A stretch of DNA of 64,000 bases from Planctomycetota bacterium (GCA_016213895.1 JACQZJ010000099.1:12481-76480); one strand, 5' to 3'. Numbered from the stretch's first letter, positions 9,465 to 20,152 are shown. A program made the numbers and translations. Notes: generated from the letters alone by a model not told the origin.

Positions 9465-10519
9465 TTGGGTATGGTGGGGCGCATGCCTGGCGCGAAGAGA
9501 GAACCGGGGCGGCGCACGCCCCGCTACCCGGCGGTGTTCGAGCTTGCCGCGGCAGACGCGGGCCAGCGCGTGGAGCGCTGCCTGCTGCGCCGCCTCAAGG
9601 CCGATCCTGGCCACGTGGCCAGGCTGCTGCGCGAGCAGCGCGTGCGCTTCGTGGCGCCGGGCAGCGCGCAGGAGGGCCGCGTTCTCGCCGCCGGGGAGAT
9701 CCTCGAGGCCGCGGGCGCGATTCACGTGGCCGCGGCCGCGCGCGCGGACAAGGCGGCGCCCTTGCCGAACCGCAGGATCCGCCTGCGCGTGCACCACGAG
9801 GACGCGGACCTCGCGGTCCTCTGCAAGCCCGCGGGCCTGAGCGTCCATCCCGGCCCCGGGCACGGCAGCGACACGCTGCTGAACGCGCTCGTGGCGCGCT
9901 ATCCGGAGCTGCTCGCCCTCGGCCGCGAACTCGGCTTCGGCCTGGTGCACCGCCTGGACAAGGAGACCTCCGGCCTCATGGTCGTCGCCCGCACGCGGGC
10001 GGCGCAGCGCGCGCTCGTGCGGCTGTTCGTGGAGCGGCGGGTGGCCAAGGAGTACCTCGCACTGGTCGAGCGCCTGCCGGGCGCGGCGCGCAAAGGGACG
10101 ATCACGACGCCCGTGGACGGCAAAGAGGCGCGCACCGAGTACGAGGTGCTGGAGGAGCGCGGCGCGATTGCACTGGTGCGCGCGCGGCCGCTGACCGGCC
10201 GCACCCACCAGGTGCGCCTGCACCTGGCGCGCGCCGGGCTGCCGGTGCTCCGCGACCGGCGCCACGGCCGCGGCGGCAGCAGCGAGCTGGTGCGCGGCCT
10301 CTTCCTCGAGCGCCTTGCCCTGCATGCGCACCGCCTCGCCTTCGACCATCCCCTTTCTGGCCAGCGCCAGGAGTTCGAGGAGCCGCTGCCGCGCGACCTG
10401 CGCCACGCCTGGCAGCGAGCGCGCGAGAATCGTGTTGGCGCCGCGCCGCGCTCCCGCGAGAATGACCCATCCGGCGTCCGCGAGAGACGCGGGCGGTCCC
10501 CGGCCGGTGGAGGCGCGAC

Positions 10520-10933
<414 letters not shown>

Positions 10934-10977
10934 GTTGCAGGCCGGCCTTGCCGCGCGCCACTATCCAAGGAGGACCC

Positions 10978-12411
10978 ATGAGATTCTTTTCGCTGCTTCT
11001 GTTCGTGCTCTGCGCCGCGCGGCCCGCCGCTGCGGAGGAGGAGGCGCAAGGCTCTCCCGCGCTCATGGCCAGCGTGGACGCGCGCGTCGAGCTGATGAGC
11101 GTCATTTTCCGCCTCGCCGGCAACCCGGAGTACAACCAGCCGAACTCGGCGTCGCCCTACGCCAAGGCCGTGGCGGAGCGCTTCGGCACGTTCCGCGGCC
11201 ACGCCGTCATCGAGACGGCCGCGCGCCTCAGACGCGAGCGCGGGGTGAGCTTCGACGCGGTCATCAGCATGGCGCTGCACGTCGCGGACGCCGAGACCCT
11301 GGCCGAGCGCATCCCCTTCGACCAGGAGCCGGAGCGCCTGGACGGCCGCTGGCGCCTGGACGAGGCGCGCGCTTTCCTGGAGGAGGCGCGCGCCTTTGCG
11401 CGCGAGGCGGACTTCATGGGCTTCTTCGCCGAGCACGAGGCGCTCTTCGACGCGGCTGCCTCTCGCATGGAGGCGCGGCTCGCCGAGCGCCGCTACGTCG
11501 AGTGGTTCGACCGCTTCTTCGGCGCACGGCCGGGCGCGACCTTCCACGTGTACGTCGGCATGCTCCTCGGCGGCGGCAACTACGGCTGCGGCCTCCGCTT
11601 CCAGGACGACCGCGAGGAGATCACGCCCGTGCTCGGCGTGTACCAGTTCGACGCCGCGGGCGTGCCCGTGATCGCCGAGGACGTGGCCGGAACCGTGGCG
11701 CACGAGCTGTGTCACAGCTACACCAACGCCCTCGTGGATCAGCACGCGGAGGACCTGCGGCCGGCCGCGGAGAGGATCTTCGCGCCGCGCGCCGGGGCGA
11801 TGCAGCGCATGGCCTACGGCAACTGGCAGACCATGATGTACGAGTCGCTGGTGCGCGCCTGCGTGGCGCGCTTCACGCTCGCCACCGAGGGCGAGAAGGC
11901 CGCGGCCGCGGAGGTCCGGAGCCAGCACGCCTGCGGCTTCGCCTGGACCGGCGAGCTGGCGGAGCTGCTCGCGCAATACGAGACCGGCCGCGAGCACTAC
12001 CCGGCGTTCGACGACTTCATGCCGGAGATCGTTGCCTTCTTCGAGCGCTGGGCGGACGAGCACGCCGCAGAGGACGCGGAGCAGGCCGCGCTCCGTCCGC
12101 GGGTGACGGCGATGGCGCCGGCGAACGGCGCCTTGGACGTCGACCCGGACCTGGCCGCGATCGAGGTGACCTTCGATCGGCCCATGCTGGACAAGATGTG
12201 GTCGGTGGTGGGCGGAGGCCCGGACTTCCCCGAGATAGCGGGCGAGGTCCGCTATGACGCCGAGTGCCGCGTCCTCACAATCCCCGTGCGCCTCGCGCCG
12301 GACAAGGCCTACCGCTTCTGGCTGAACAGCGAGCAGTACGACTCCTTCCGCAGCCGGGAGGGCGGTGTGCTCGAGCCGCTGGAAGTGACCTTCCGTACGC
12401 GCGCCGAGTAG
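10978..12411 (+). CDS. Secreted DUF4932-like protein with C-terminal Ig-like domain
   Basis: AGGAGG RBS, signal peptide, VDARVELMSVIFRLAG, HELCHSY (HExxH), and C-terminal P.NGA.DV..IEVTFDRPM Ig-like signature. Confidence 0.75.
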   Translation: MRFFSLLLFVLCAARPAAAEEEAQGSPALMASVDARVELMSVIFRLAGNPEYNQPNSASPYAKAVAERFGTFRGHAVIETAARLRRERGVSFDAVISMALHVADAETLAERIPFDQEPERLDGRWRLDEARAFLEEARAFAREADFMGFFAEHEALFDAAASRMEARLAERRYVEWFDRFFGARPGATFHVYVGMLLGGGNYGCGLRFQDDREEITPVLGVYQFDAAGVPVIAEDVAGTVAHELCHSYTNALVDQHAEDLRPAAERIFAPRAGAMQRMAYGNWQTMMYESLVRACVARFTLATEGEKAAAAEVRSQHACGFAWTGELAELLAQYETGREHYPAFDDFMPEIVAFFERWADEHAAEDAEQAALRPRVTAMAPANGALDVDPDLAAIEVTFDRPMLDKMWSVVGGGPDFPEIAGEVRYDAECRVLTIPVRLAPDKAYRFWLNSEQYDSFRSREGGVLEPLEVTFRTRAE

Positions 12412-12424
12412 CCGCGAGCGGGCC

Positions 12425-14146
12425 TCACTCGAGCGCGCGGCGCAGCTCCGCGCCGAGGCGCGGGTGCGCCGCCATCAAGCGGATGGACAGGTGCTCGCTC
12501 TGCGCCCCGCGCGCGCGCACGATGCGCCGGAGCGCCGTCTTGTCGCGCGCGCTCCAGCGCGGCAGCTCCGGCAGCATGGCGAGAAGCGGCGCCAGGTCCG
12601 CGAGCGCGCGGCGCTGGGTCGGCGTCCAGCGCCGCAGGTGGGGGATGCCGAGTGCGCGGTGGACGAGCGCGGCGCAGCGCTGCAGAGCCCGCGTCCGGTC
12701 GCCGCCGCACTGGCGCGCCAGGAACCGACTCACCGCGGGCGGCAGGCGCGCGAAGTCGAAGGGCCGCACGCGGCCCAAGGAGAGGTCGAGCGAGACCGCG
12801 GTGTCCGCCAGGCGGCGCAGCGTGCGCCGGTCGGAGCGCGCTCCCGGATGGGCGCGCAGCCGGTCCTCTTCCTGGCGCGCGAGCGCCTCGACCTTGGGGT
12901 TCACGGGCATGAAGCCGAGCTTGCGGTAGAACCAGAACGCGCCGGAGCGCAGTGCGTCCTCGTTGTCCCGGCCCATGCCATACGAAGTGAGGAAGAAGTT
13001 CTCGACCGCGAACACGTGGTGCAGCAGGCGCATGACCTGCGCGTAGATGTAGCGGATCTCGCCGCCGCGGAACTCGGGGAAGAGGTTGATGCCCATCTCG
13101 CAGGCGCCGAGGAAGGGACTGGCTGGGCCGTAGGCCACGGGCGCGCCGTTCTTGAACACCAGGAAGGCGTAGAGCTCGGCGAGCACGCCGCGGAACTCGG
13201 GCGGGGCGCCGATGAGCGCGATGGCGATGCCGCGCTCGGCGAACCTCCGGTCGATCCGAAAAGAACGGGCACGTACGCAGGAGGGGTTGGCCTTGATGAG
13301 CGGGTAGATCTCCAAGGAGCGCGCGCTGAGCGCGCGCAGCGAGAGGTCGATGAGCGCCTGTCCGGCGAACGGGCCGAGCAGTGGCGGCACGGCGAGCGGC
13401 CGCGTGATCTCGGGCGCGAGCGGGAAGGTCTCGCGCTCGAGGTCGCGCGTCTGGAAGGCGGCGCGCGCCACGGGCAGCTCGATCTCGCTGCGGGCACTGC
13501 CGGGCACGGCGAGGTCGTAGCGCAAGGTGAGCCCGCAGGAGTCATAGAGGAAAGCGCGCTCGCTCGGCGAGAAGCGCGAGGCGGCGAGCAGGCCGAGGAT
13601 GACGTCGAGGTCGCTTTGGCGCGCGTTCCCCTTCAGGTGCGCCGCCCACTCCGCCCACTCGCTCTCGACCGCTTCGGCGCCCTCGTTCTCGGCGGGCGCG
13701 AGCAGGAGGTCGAGGAGACCGGCGAGCGGCGAGTCCTCGTGCAGCTCCTCCCACTCGATCTCGAGCTGTCCGGGGAAGAGCTGGGCGAGGCGCAGCGCCA
13801 CCTCGTAGGAGTAGGAGTAGGCGTTGCAGGAGCCGGGGAACCCGCAATTGACCAGGGCGTCCGCGCCGCTCGCGTCCCGCATGCGCTCCAGGCGGCCGCG
13901 CAGCGCGGCGATCGCGCGGCGCACGCGCGCCAGGAGCAGCGCGCTGTCCGGGTAGGCGCGCATGAAGTCGAGCGTGTCGTCGAGGAGCTTCAAGCTGCGC
14001 ACGGACACGCGGCGCGCGGCGGCGATCTCGTCCAGCAGGCGCAGCTTCTCGCGCGCCGCCTCCTGGCCGAAGCGCTGGTGCAGGCCATGCAGGGCGCCGA
14101 TCAGGCGCGCGGCGCTTGTCTTTGCCGGGGCGCGGGCGGACGGCAT
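12425..14146 (-). CDS. Hypothetical protein, possible C-terminal GNAT-like fold
   Basis: 573-aa ORF starting 11 nt after the full-length nitrilase stop; NEDALRSGAFWFYRKLGF resembles the GNAT motif B. Confidence 0.65.
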   Translation of the reverse strand: MPSARAPAKTSAARLIGALHGLHQRFGQEAAREKLRLLDEIAAARRVSVRSLKLLDDTLDFMRAYPDSALLLARVRRAIAALRGRLERMRDASGADALVNCGFPGSCNAYSYSYEVALRLAQLFPGQLEIEWEELHEDSPLAGLLDLLLAPAENEGAEAVESEWAEWAAHLKGNARQSDLDVILGLLAASRFSPSERAFLYDSCGLTLRYDLAVPGSARSEIELPVARAAFQTRDLERETFPLAPEITRPLAVPPLLGPFAGQALIDLSLRALSARSLEIYPLIKANPSCVRARSFRIDRRFAERGIAIALIGAPPEFRGVLAELYAFLVFKNGAPVAYGPASPFLGACEMGINLFPEFRGGEIRYIYAQVMRLLHHVFAVENFFLTSYGMGRDNEDALRSGAFWFYRKLGFMPVNPKVEALARQEEDRLRAHPGARSDRRTLRRLADTAVSLDLSLGRVRPFDFARLPPAVSRFLARQCGGDRTRALQRCAALVHRALGIPHLRRWTPTQRRALADLAPLLAMLPELPRWSARDKTALRRIVRARGAQSEHLSIRLMAAHPRLGAELRRALE

Positions 14147-14156
14147 GCGCGGCCCG

Positions 14157-15029
14157 TCAGGGCAGGAGCTCGACCATGTCGCCGTAGGTCTCCGGGCGCC
14201 GGTCGCGGTAGAACTGCCAGACGCGCCGCACCTCCTCGATCAGGCCGAAGTCCAGGTCGGCGACGAGCAGCTAGTCCTGGTCCTGCGAACCCTCGGCCAG
14301 GATGCGGCCGCGCGGATCGACGAAGTAGCTCGAGCCGTAGAACTGGCCGATGTTCCAGGGCGGCTCCGTGCCCACGCGGTTGACGCAGCCCATGAAGTAG
14401 CCGTTGGCCACCGCGTGCGCGGGCTGCTCCAGCTTCCACAGGTGCTGGGAGAGGCCGGCCACCGTGGCGGAGGGGTTCAAGACCAGCTCGGCGCCGTTCA
14501 AGCCGAGGAGCCGCGCGCCCTCAGGGAAGTGGCGGTCGTAGCAGATGTAGACCCCGACCTTGCCGTAGGCCGTGGCGAACACCGGGTAGCCGAGGTTGCC
14601 CGGCTTGAAGTAGTACTTCTCCCAGAAGCCGGAGGTGTGGGGCAGGTGGTTCTTGCGGTACTTCCCCAGGTAGGCGCCGTCCGCGTCGATGACCGCCGCC
14701 GAGTTGTAGTACACGCCGGCCGTCTCGCGCTCGAAGAGCGGCACGACCATGACCATTTCGTACTTCCGCGCCAGCGGGGCGAGGGCCTCGATCGTGGGGC
14801 CGGGGATCGGCTCGGCCGCGTCGTACCAGCGCGTCGCCTGGCTCGGCGGAAAGTAAGGCGCGTTAAACAGCTCCTGCAGGCAGAGGATCTTCACCCCGGC
14901 CGCGCCGGCCCGCTCGATGAGCGGGACGTGCTTCTCGAAGGCGGCGGCCTGGATCTCGCGGATCGGCCTGGTTTCGTCATTGAGCGGGTTTCGGCACTGG
15001 ATCAGGCCGCCGCGGACGGTTCTGGGCAC
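14157..15029 (-). pseudogene. Beta-ureidopropionase / nitrilase-family hydrolase with in-frame TAG at 14271-14273
   Basis: GTG start with AGGAG RBS; catalytic LQELF, YRKNHLP and ICYDRHF. After the TAG the same frame continues LLVADLDFGLIEEVRRVWQFYRDRRPETY, the conserved nitrilase C-terminus. Confidence 0.8.
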
Positions 15030-15069
15030 GGCTCGCTCCTTTCGGCGGGAGGGACACCACGGGCGTCTG

Positions 15070-15098
15070 ATGCTAGCCGCCGGACGGGCGCGGCCCAA
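15070..15098 (-). promoter_or_regulatory. Putative sigma70 promoter of nitrilase gene
   Basis: TTGGGC-17 nt-TAGCAT on the minus strand. Confidence 0.4.
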
Positions 15099-15116
15099 TT
15101 TGCGTCTGGCCGCCTT

Positions 15117-15543
15117 GCGTTCATTCCGGGGCGGGAGCGGACCCGGGGAAACGGCTGCGATCGCTCGTCGCGCCGCGCGTCCCCGCGCGGTGCACTCATT
15201 CCGTGCGATCGCGGGTTCCACCCGCGATCGCCTACATCAAGTACGTTGAACCGGAGCGGCCCGCCTCGACCACGGGCCTCGGGAAGGCGCGTCGGCCGAG
15301 CGGAGCAGCGTTTCCCCGGCGCAGGGAGCGGCCGCGACGACGTACCACCCCGCACCGCCCGTGCCTTCACCACGCTGAGCCACCTGCTTCGCCTCTGCCT
15401 TGACGAGCCCCTGCTCGTTCGTCGCGCACGCGATGCACCGGGAGTCGCGCATCCGTTCCCGGAGGCCGGGGAAACGGCTGCGATCGCTCGCCTCACCCGC
15501 CTTCCGCTCCCCTCCGGCTCCCACTCACTCAGCCGCGACGCCG
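15117..15543 (+). repeat. Long intergenic repeat family A, locus 1
   Basis: Blocks cattccggggcgggagcgg, gttgaaccggagcggcccgcctcgacc, gttcgtcgcgcacgcgatgcaccgggagtcgcg, ggggaaacggctgcgatcgct and end cagccgcgacgccg all recur at 40826-42090. Confidence 0.85.
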
Positions 15544-15546
15544 CGC

Positions 15547-16992
15547 TTACCAGCGCGAGATGACCACCTTGCGGTCGGTGTAAAAGTCGAAGGTCTCGCG
15601 GCCGTGCGCCTTGAGGTCGCCGAAGAACGAGCCCTTGGCGCCGCCGAAGCCGAAGAACGACATCGGCGCGGCCACGCCGATGTTGACGCCGGCCATGCTC
15701 GCCTCGATCTCGTACTGGAACGTGCGCGCCGCCTTGCCGCTGGTCGTGAAGATCGAGGCGGCGTTGGCCAGCGGCTGCCGGCGCGGCAGCTCGAGCGCCT
15801 CGGCGAGCGTGGCGCGCGGCATGAGGCAGAGCACCGGACCGAAGATTTCCTCGCGCGCGATCGTCATCTCAGGCGCCACGCGGTCGAAGAGCGTCGGCCC
15901 GACGAAGAAGCCGTTCGGGTCGGCGTCGACGCTGCGTCCGTCGAGCACCAGTTCCGCGCCCTCCGCGATCCCCCGCGCGATGTAGTCGAGCACGCGCTGC
16001 TTGTGCGCGGCCGAGACGAGCGGCCCCATGTGCACGCCCGTGCGCGCGCCGTCGCCCACGCGCAGGCGGCGCATGCGCGCCACGAGGCCTTCCCGCACCC
16101 GCCCTTCGCAGCCGCCCACGGGCACGACCACGGCCGCGGCCAGGCAGCGCTCGCCCGCGCAGCCGCAGGCCGACTCGGTGATGTTGTCGAGCGCCGCCTC
16201 CATGTCGGCGTCTGGCATGACGATGATGAAGTTCTTCGCTCCGCCCAGGGCCTGCGCGCGCTTGCCATGCGCCGTCGCGGTGCGGTAGACGTGCTCTGCC
16301 ACCGCGCTCGAGCCGACGAAGGACACGCCCCTGACGCGTTCGTGCACCAGCAGCGCGTTCGCCGCGTCCTTGCCGCCGAGCACCATGTTGAGCACGCCCT
16401 TGGGGAAGCCGGCCTCGTGCACCAGCTCGAAGACCAGCTTCTGCGAGAAGGGCACCTGCTCGGACGGCTTCAGCACGAAGGTGTTGCCGCAGGCCACGGC
16501 GAAGGGGAAGAACCAGAGCGGCACCATGGCCGGGAAGTTGAACGGCGCGATGGCGGCGAACACGCCGAGCGGCTGGCGGATGGCGGCGCAGTCGATGCCG
16601 TGCGCCACGTCCTCGAGCACTTGGCCCATGAGCAGGGAGGGTGCGCCCGCGGCCACCTCGACCATCTGCACGCCGCGCCGCACCGAGCCGCGCGACTCGG
16701 CGAGCGTCTTGCCGTTCTCGCGGGTGCACGTCGCCGCCAGCTCCTCGAAATGCTGCTCGAGCAGCTGCTTCAGCTTGAAGAGGTGCTGGATGCGGTCCTC
16801 GACTGGCGTCTTGCGCCAGGGGGGGAAGGCGCGCGCCGCGGCCTGGACGGCCGCGTCCACCTGCGCCGCGCCGCCGAGCGGGCACTCGCCGAGAGCCGCG
16901 CCCGTGGCCGGGTTCCGCACCACGTGGCACGCGGCCGCGCCGGCGTCCACCCACGCGCCGTCGATGTAGTTCCTGAGTCGTTCCACCGCCAT
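15547..16992 (-). CDS. mmsA: CoA-acylating (methyl)malonate-semialdehyde dehydrogenase
   Basis: PFNFPAMVPLW, KPSE, SFVGSS, ALGGAKN, AGERCLA, EEIFGPV and GVNIGVAAP motifs. Confidence 0.92.
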   Translation of the reverse strand: MAVERLRNYIDGAWVDAGAAACHVVRNPATGAALGECPLGGAAQVDAAVQAAARAFPPWRKTPVEDRIQHLFKLKQLLEQHFEELAATCTRENGKTLAESRGSVRRGVQMVEVAAGAPSLLMGQVLEDVAHGIDCAAIRQPLGVFAAIAPFNFPAMVPLWFFPFAVACGNTFVLKPSEQVPFSQKLVFELVHEAGFPKGVLNMVLGGKDAANALLVHERVRGVSFVGSSAVAEHVYRTATAHGKRAQALGGAKNFIIVMPDADMEAALDNITESACGCAGERCLAAAVVVPVGGCEGRVREGLVARMRRLRVGDGARTGVHMGPLVSAAHKQRVLDYIARGIAEGAELVLDGRSVDADPNGFFVGPTLFDRVAPEMTIAREEIFGPVLCLMPRATLAEALELPRRQPLANAASIFTTSGKAARTFQYEIEASMAGVNIGVAAPMSFFGFGGAKGSFFGDLKAHGRETFDFYTDRKVVISRW

Positions 16993-17045
16993 GGCCTTGT
17001 CCTCCAGGCAGACGGCCGCGTCCCCGGCGCGCCGCCAGCAGGGCG

Positions 17046-17074
17046 ATCGTAGCCGGGGCTGGCCGGGCCGACAA
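17046..17074 (-). promoter_or_regulatory. Putative sigma70 promoter of mmsA
   Basis: TTGTCG-17 nt-TACGAT on the minus strand. Confidence 0.5.
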
Positions 17075-17085
17075 CCCGGCCGTGC

Positions 17086-18219
17086 TCACTCTCCCGCGCC
17101 GACCTTCTCCGCGCGGATCGTGCTGCCGCCGATCCGCAGGGTCAGCGCCACGACCGCTCCCTGGTCGTCCGCGTCGAAGACGATCGTGGCCGCGGTGTGG
17201 CGCAGGGCGAACTCGCGCTCCGCCAGGGGAACGAGGTCGAGGTACGCGTCGTTCCAGAAGAAGTTGCACTGGAGCTGCTGGCCGTCGCGGCGCACGGTGT
17301 AGACCGTCTCGCGCGCGCCGCCGGGCCGATAGCGGCCGGCGCAGCGCTCGAGCTGCTCTGCCTTGAGCGAGACCGCGGGCTGCGTACCGCCTTCCGGCGG
17401 GCCGGGCTCGGCGCTCTCCCTCAGTTCGCGCAGCCAGATGTTGCGGAAACGCACCGGCGATCCGTGATTCTGCAGGGAAAGGGGCAGGCGGTCGGGGTGC
17501 TCCTCGTAGGGCAGGTGCTGCAGCCACGCCGTGGGTCCAAGCAGCGGGACAGCGTCCTGGACCAGGATGCCGTTCTGCTGCACGGTCACGCGCGCGGGCG
17601 CGATGAGCGCGCCGTCCTCTGCGAAGCGCGGACGGCGGAAGACGATGTCGAAAGACTGCCATTCCCCGGGCGGCCGGCAGGCGTTCACCAGAGGCGGATA
17701 CTGGCCGTACACGGCCGCGGCCTGCCCGTCCGCGTAGGTGTCGTTTTCGAAGGAGTCGAGGATCTGCACCTCGTACAGGCCCATGAGGAAGACGCCGCTG
17801 TTGCCGCGGCCCTGGCTCGTGCCCGCGGCCGGCAGCGGCGCGGCCCACTCGACGTGGAGCTGCACGTCGCCGAACCCCTGGACCGTGACGATGTCCTCGG
17901 CGCCGGGCGCGGGCTGGAAGGCGCCGTCCGCGACGACCCAGTCCGCGGGCCCCCCCTTCTCGCTGCGCCACGCCTCGAGGCCTTGGCCGCAGAACAGGAG
18001 CACGGCGTCGGATGGAGGCAGGGCGGGGAGGTCCTGCGGCGCCGGGGCGACGACGGGCGGGCGCGGCCGTGCGAGGTCGTGGGTTTTCCAGCGCGGCGCT
18101 TCCTGGCCGAGAGCCGGGGCCTCGGAGCAGGCCACGGCGAGAAGGAGCGCGAGGGCCGCGGCCCTGAGCCGGGCGCGCGGCGGACGAGGAAGCTCGGGGA
18201 GGACAGGCGTTCGTGTCAT
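17086..18219 (-). CDS. Secreted DUF1080 (3-keto-disaccharide hydrolase-like) protein
   Basis: PPSDAVLLF, FGDVQLHVEW, GNSGVFL, YEVQILDS, LQNHG.PVRFRNIW motifs; signal peptide. Confidence 0.85.
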   Translation of the reverse strand: MTRTPVLPELPRPPRARLRAAALALLLAVACSEAPALGQEAPRWKTHDLARPRPPVVAPAPQDLPALPPSDAVLLFCGQGLEAWRSEKGGPADWVVADGAFQPAPGAEDIVTVQGFGDVQLHVEWAAPLPAAGTSQGRGNSGVFLMGLYEVQILDSFENDTYADGQAAAVYGQYPPLVNACRPPGEWQSFDIVFRRPRFAEDGALIAPARVTVQQNGILVQDAVPLLGPTAWLQHLPYEEHPDRLPLSLQNHGSPVRFRNIWLRELRESAEPGPPEGGTQPAVSLKAEQLERCAGRYRPGGARETVYTVRRDGQQLQCNFFWNDAYLDLVPLAEREFALRHTAATIVFDADDQGAVVALTLRIGGSTIRAEKVGAGE

Positions 18220-18349
18220 GCTGGCGAGACTCCAGGCTTTACGGGCGCGCGGCCGTTTTCGGCTGGCTCGCGCCGTGCCGCGGCATGATATAGGATCGCG
18301 GCCCGCGGCGCTTTCGCCGCGCCGGACGCCTGTTCGTCGAGTCGCGCCC

Positions 18350-19183
18350 ATGGAAGGAAACGCCTTCGTTGCCCTGGCCCTGACGCTCTTCGCCGGGCTC
18401 ACCACCGCGCTCGGCGCGCTGGTCGTGTTCTTCACGCGCGGGCCGCGCATGGGCCTCTTGTCCTTCGGTCTCGGCTTCTCCAGCGGGGTGATGGTCTTCA
18501 TCTCGTTGAAGGAGCTGCTCCCCGGGGCGGACGCCCTGATCGGCGGGGCGCTCGGCGAGCGGCAGGGGGGCTGGATCGCCACCGCCTGCTTCTTCGGCGG
18601 TGTCATCGTCTCGGCGATCATCGACCAGCTCGTTCCCGAGCCGGAGAACCCGCACGAGGCGGTCTCGTTGGCCGACATGGCGCGCGCGCGCGCCGGGGAG
18701 AGGCCGGCGCCTTCCGGTGCCGGCGGGCAGAAGCCTTCCCTGGCGCGCGTGGGCCTGCTCTCGGCGCTCGTCATCGGCATCCACAACCTCCCGGAGGGGA
18801 TGGCGACCTTCGCCAGCGCGCTCGCGGGCACGTCGCTCGGCCTGTCGATCGCCGTGGCCGTGGCGATCCACAACATCCCGGAGGGGATCGCCGTGGCCGT
18901 GCCGATCTACTTCGCCACCGGCAGCCGCAAGAAGGCCTTCCTCTACGCGTTCATCTCCGGCCTGGCCGAGCCGGTCGGTGCGGTGCTCGTCTTCCTCGTG
19001 CTCATGCCGTTCATCAACGACGTGCTGGTCGGGGCCATGCTCGCCGCGGTCGGCGGGATCATGGTCTTCATCTCGTTCGACGAGCTCCTGCCCGCGGCGC
19101 GGGAGTACGGCCGGGGGCATACCGCCATCGCCGGCGTGGTGCTCGGCATGGCGGTGATGGCGGTGAGCCTGCTGCTCTTCTGA
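18350..19183 (+). CDS. zupT: ZIP-family divalent metal transporter
   Basis: Multi-pass membrane protein; HNLPEG and HNIPEG motifs; SGLAEPVG. Confidence 0.9.
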   Translation: MEGNAFVALALTLFAGLTTALGALVVFFTRGPRMGLLSFGLGFSSGVMVFISLKELLPGADALIGGALGERQGGWIATACFFGGVIVSAIIDQLVPEPENPHEAVSLADMARARAGERPAPSGAGGQKPSLARVGLLSALVIGIHNLPEGMATFASALAGTSLGLSIAVAVAIHNIPEGIAVAVPIYFATGSRKKAFLYAFISGLAEPVGAVLVFLVLMPFINDVLVGAMLAAVGGIMVFISFDELLPAAREYGRGHTAIAGVVLGMAVMAVSLLLF

Positions 19184-19348
19184 GCGGATCGCCTTCGCCC
19201 CGCGCGCCGGCCGATTCCCGTGGCTGGAGAGATGCCGCCCGTGGTATCTTGCGCCTTCCACCGGAGGTGCCGCGCTCCGGCGGCGCCGAGTCGATGGGGG
19301 AACCCTCGCCCGCGCATCTGTCTTGCATTCTCACGGAGGGAGAAGCAC

Positions 19349-20152
19349 ATGCACGAGAATCCGCAGGTGACGCTCAAGACCGTGACCGACGTCTACGACG
19401 GACCCGAGGGAGACCTCTGGGAGCTGCTCATGGGGCAGCAGATCCACCTGGGCGGCCTGACCTCCTCGATCGACCTGGCCGAGCAGGCCGGAATCGCCGC
19501 CGGGACGCGGGGCGTCGACCTGTGCTGCTGCAACGGCGCGGGCATGCGCTTCCTGCTCAGGACGCGCGGCGTGGCGCACATGACCGGCGTGGACGCGTGC
19601 GCGACCGTGCTCACGCGCGCGCGCGAACGCTCTGCCGCCGAGGGGTTTGCCGAGCGCACGCGCTTCGTCCAGGCGGACGTCACGGCGAGCGGGCTGGAGG
19701 GCGCCGCCGCGGACTTCGTCTGGGGCGAGGACGCCTGGTGCTACATCGTGGACAAGGAGCGGCTCATCGCCGAGGCGGCGCGCATCGTGCGCGGCGGCGG
19801 CATGATCGCCTTCACCGACTGGGTGGAGGGGCCCGCCGGGCTCAGCGCCGCGGAGGGGGAGCGCTTCCTGCGCTTCATGAAGTTCCCGAGCCTGTTGACC
19901 ATGAGCGGCTACGCCGACCTGCTTGGCGCGCACGGCTGCCGCGTGGTGAGGGCCGTGGACACCGGCCGCTTCGCGGCGTGCATGGACCTCTACCTGAACA
20001 TGGTCGGCATGCAGCTCACCTCCGACGTGCTGCGCATCATCGGCCATGACCAGGAGCTGTTCCGGGCCCTGGCAGGCGAGATGAGCTTCATGCAGGAGCT
20101 GGCGCACGCCGGGAAGATCGCCCAGGGCCAGTTCGTCGCGCGGAAGCGCTGA
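19349..20152 (+). CDS. Class I SAM-dependent methyltransferase
   Basis: GGAGGGAG RBS; motif I VDLCCCNGAG; DFVWGEDAW; RIVRGGGMIAFTDW. Confidence 0.85.
   Translation: MHENPQVTLKTVTDVYDGPEGDLWELLMGQQIHLGGLTSSIDLAEQAGIAAGTRGVDLCCCNGAGMRFLLRTRGVAHMTGVDACATVLTRARERSAAEGFAERTRFVQADVTASGLEGAAADFVWGEDAWCYIVDKERLIAEAARIVRGGGMIAFTDWVEGPAGLSAAEGERFLRFMKFPSLLTMSGYADLLGAHGCRVVRAVDTGRFAACMDLYLNMVGMQLTSDVLRIIGHDQELFRALAGEMSFMQELAHAGKIAQGQFVARKR

Noticed and set aside
14271-14273. Pyrrolysine or genome-wide TAG reassignment
   Set aside because: Many genes here end normally at TAG (for example 10933, 12411 and 48721), the position is a conserved Glu, and no pyl genes are seen.
15237-15524. Small CxxC proteins (MR.xRCxxCAxN) encoded by repeat family A
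   Set aside because: Frames diverge after the motif between copies, and the conserved TGC codons coincide with a hairpin stem, which explains them without coding.
15400-15530. Group II intron remnant (GTGCG and GAGCCGGA-like words on the minus strand of family A)
   Set aside because: The words are in the wrong order, and no domain V hairpin or RT ORF is recognisable.
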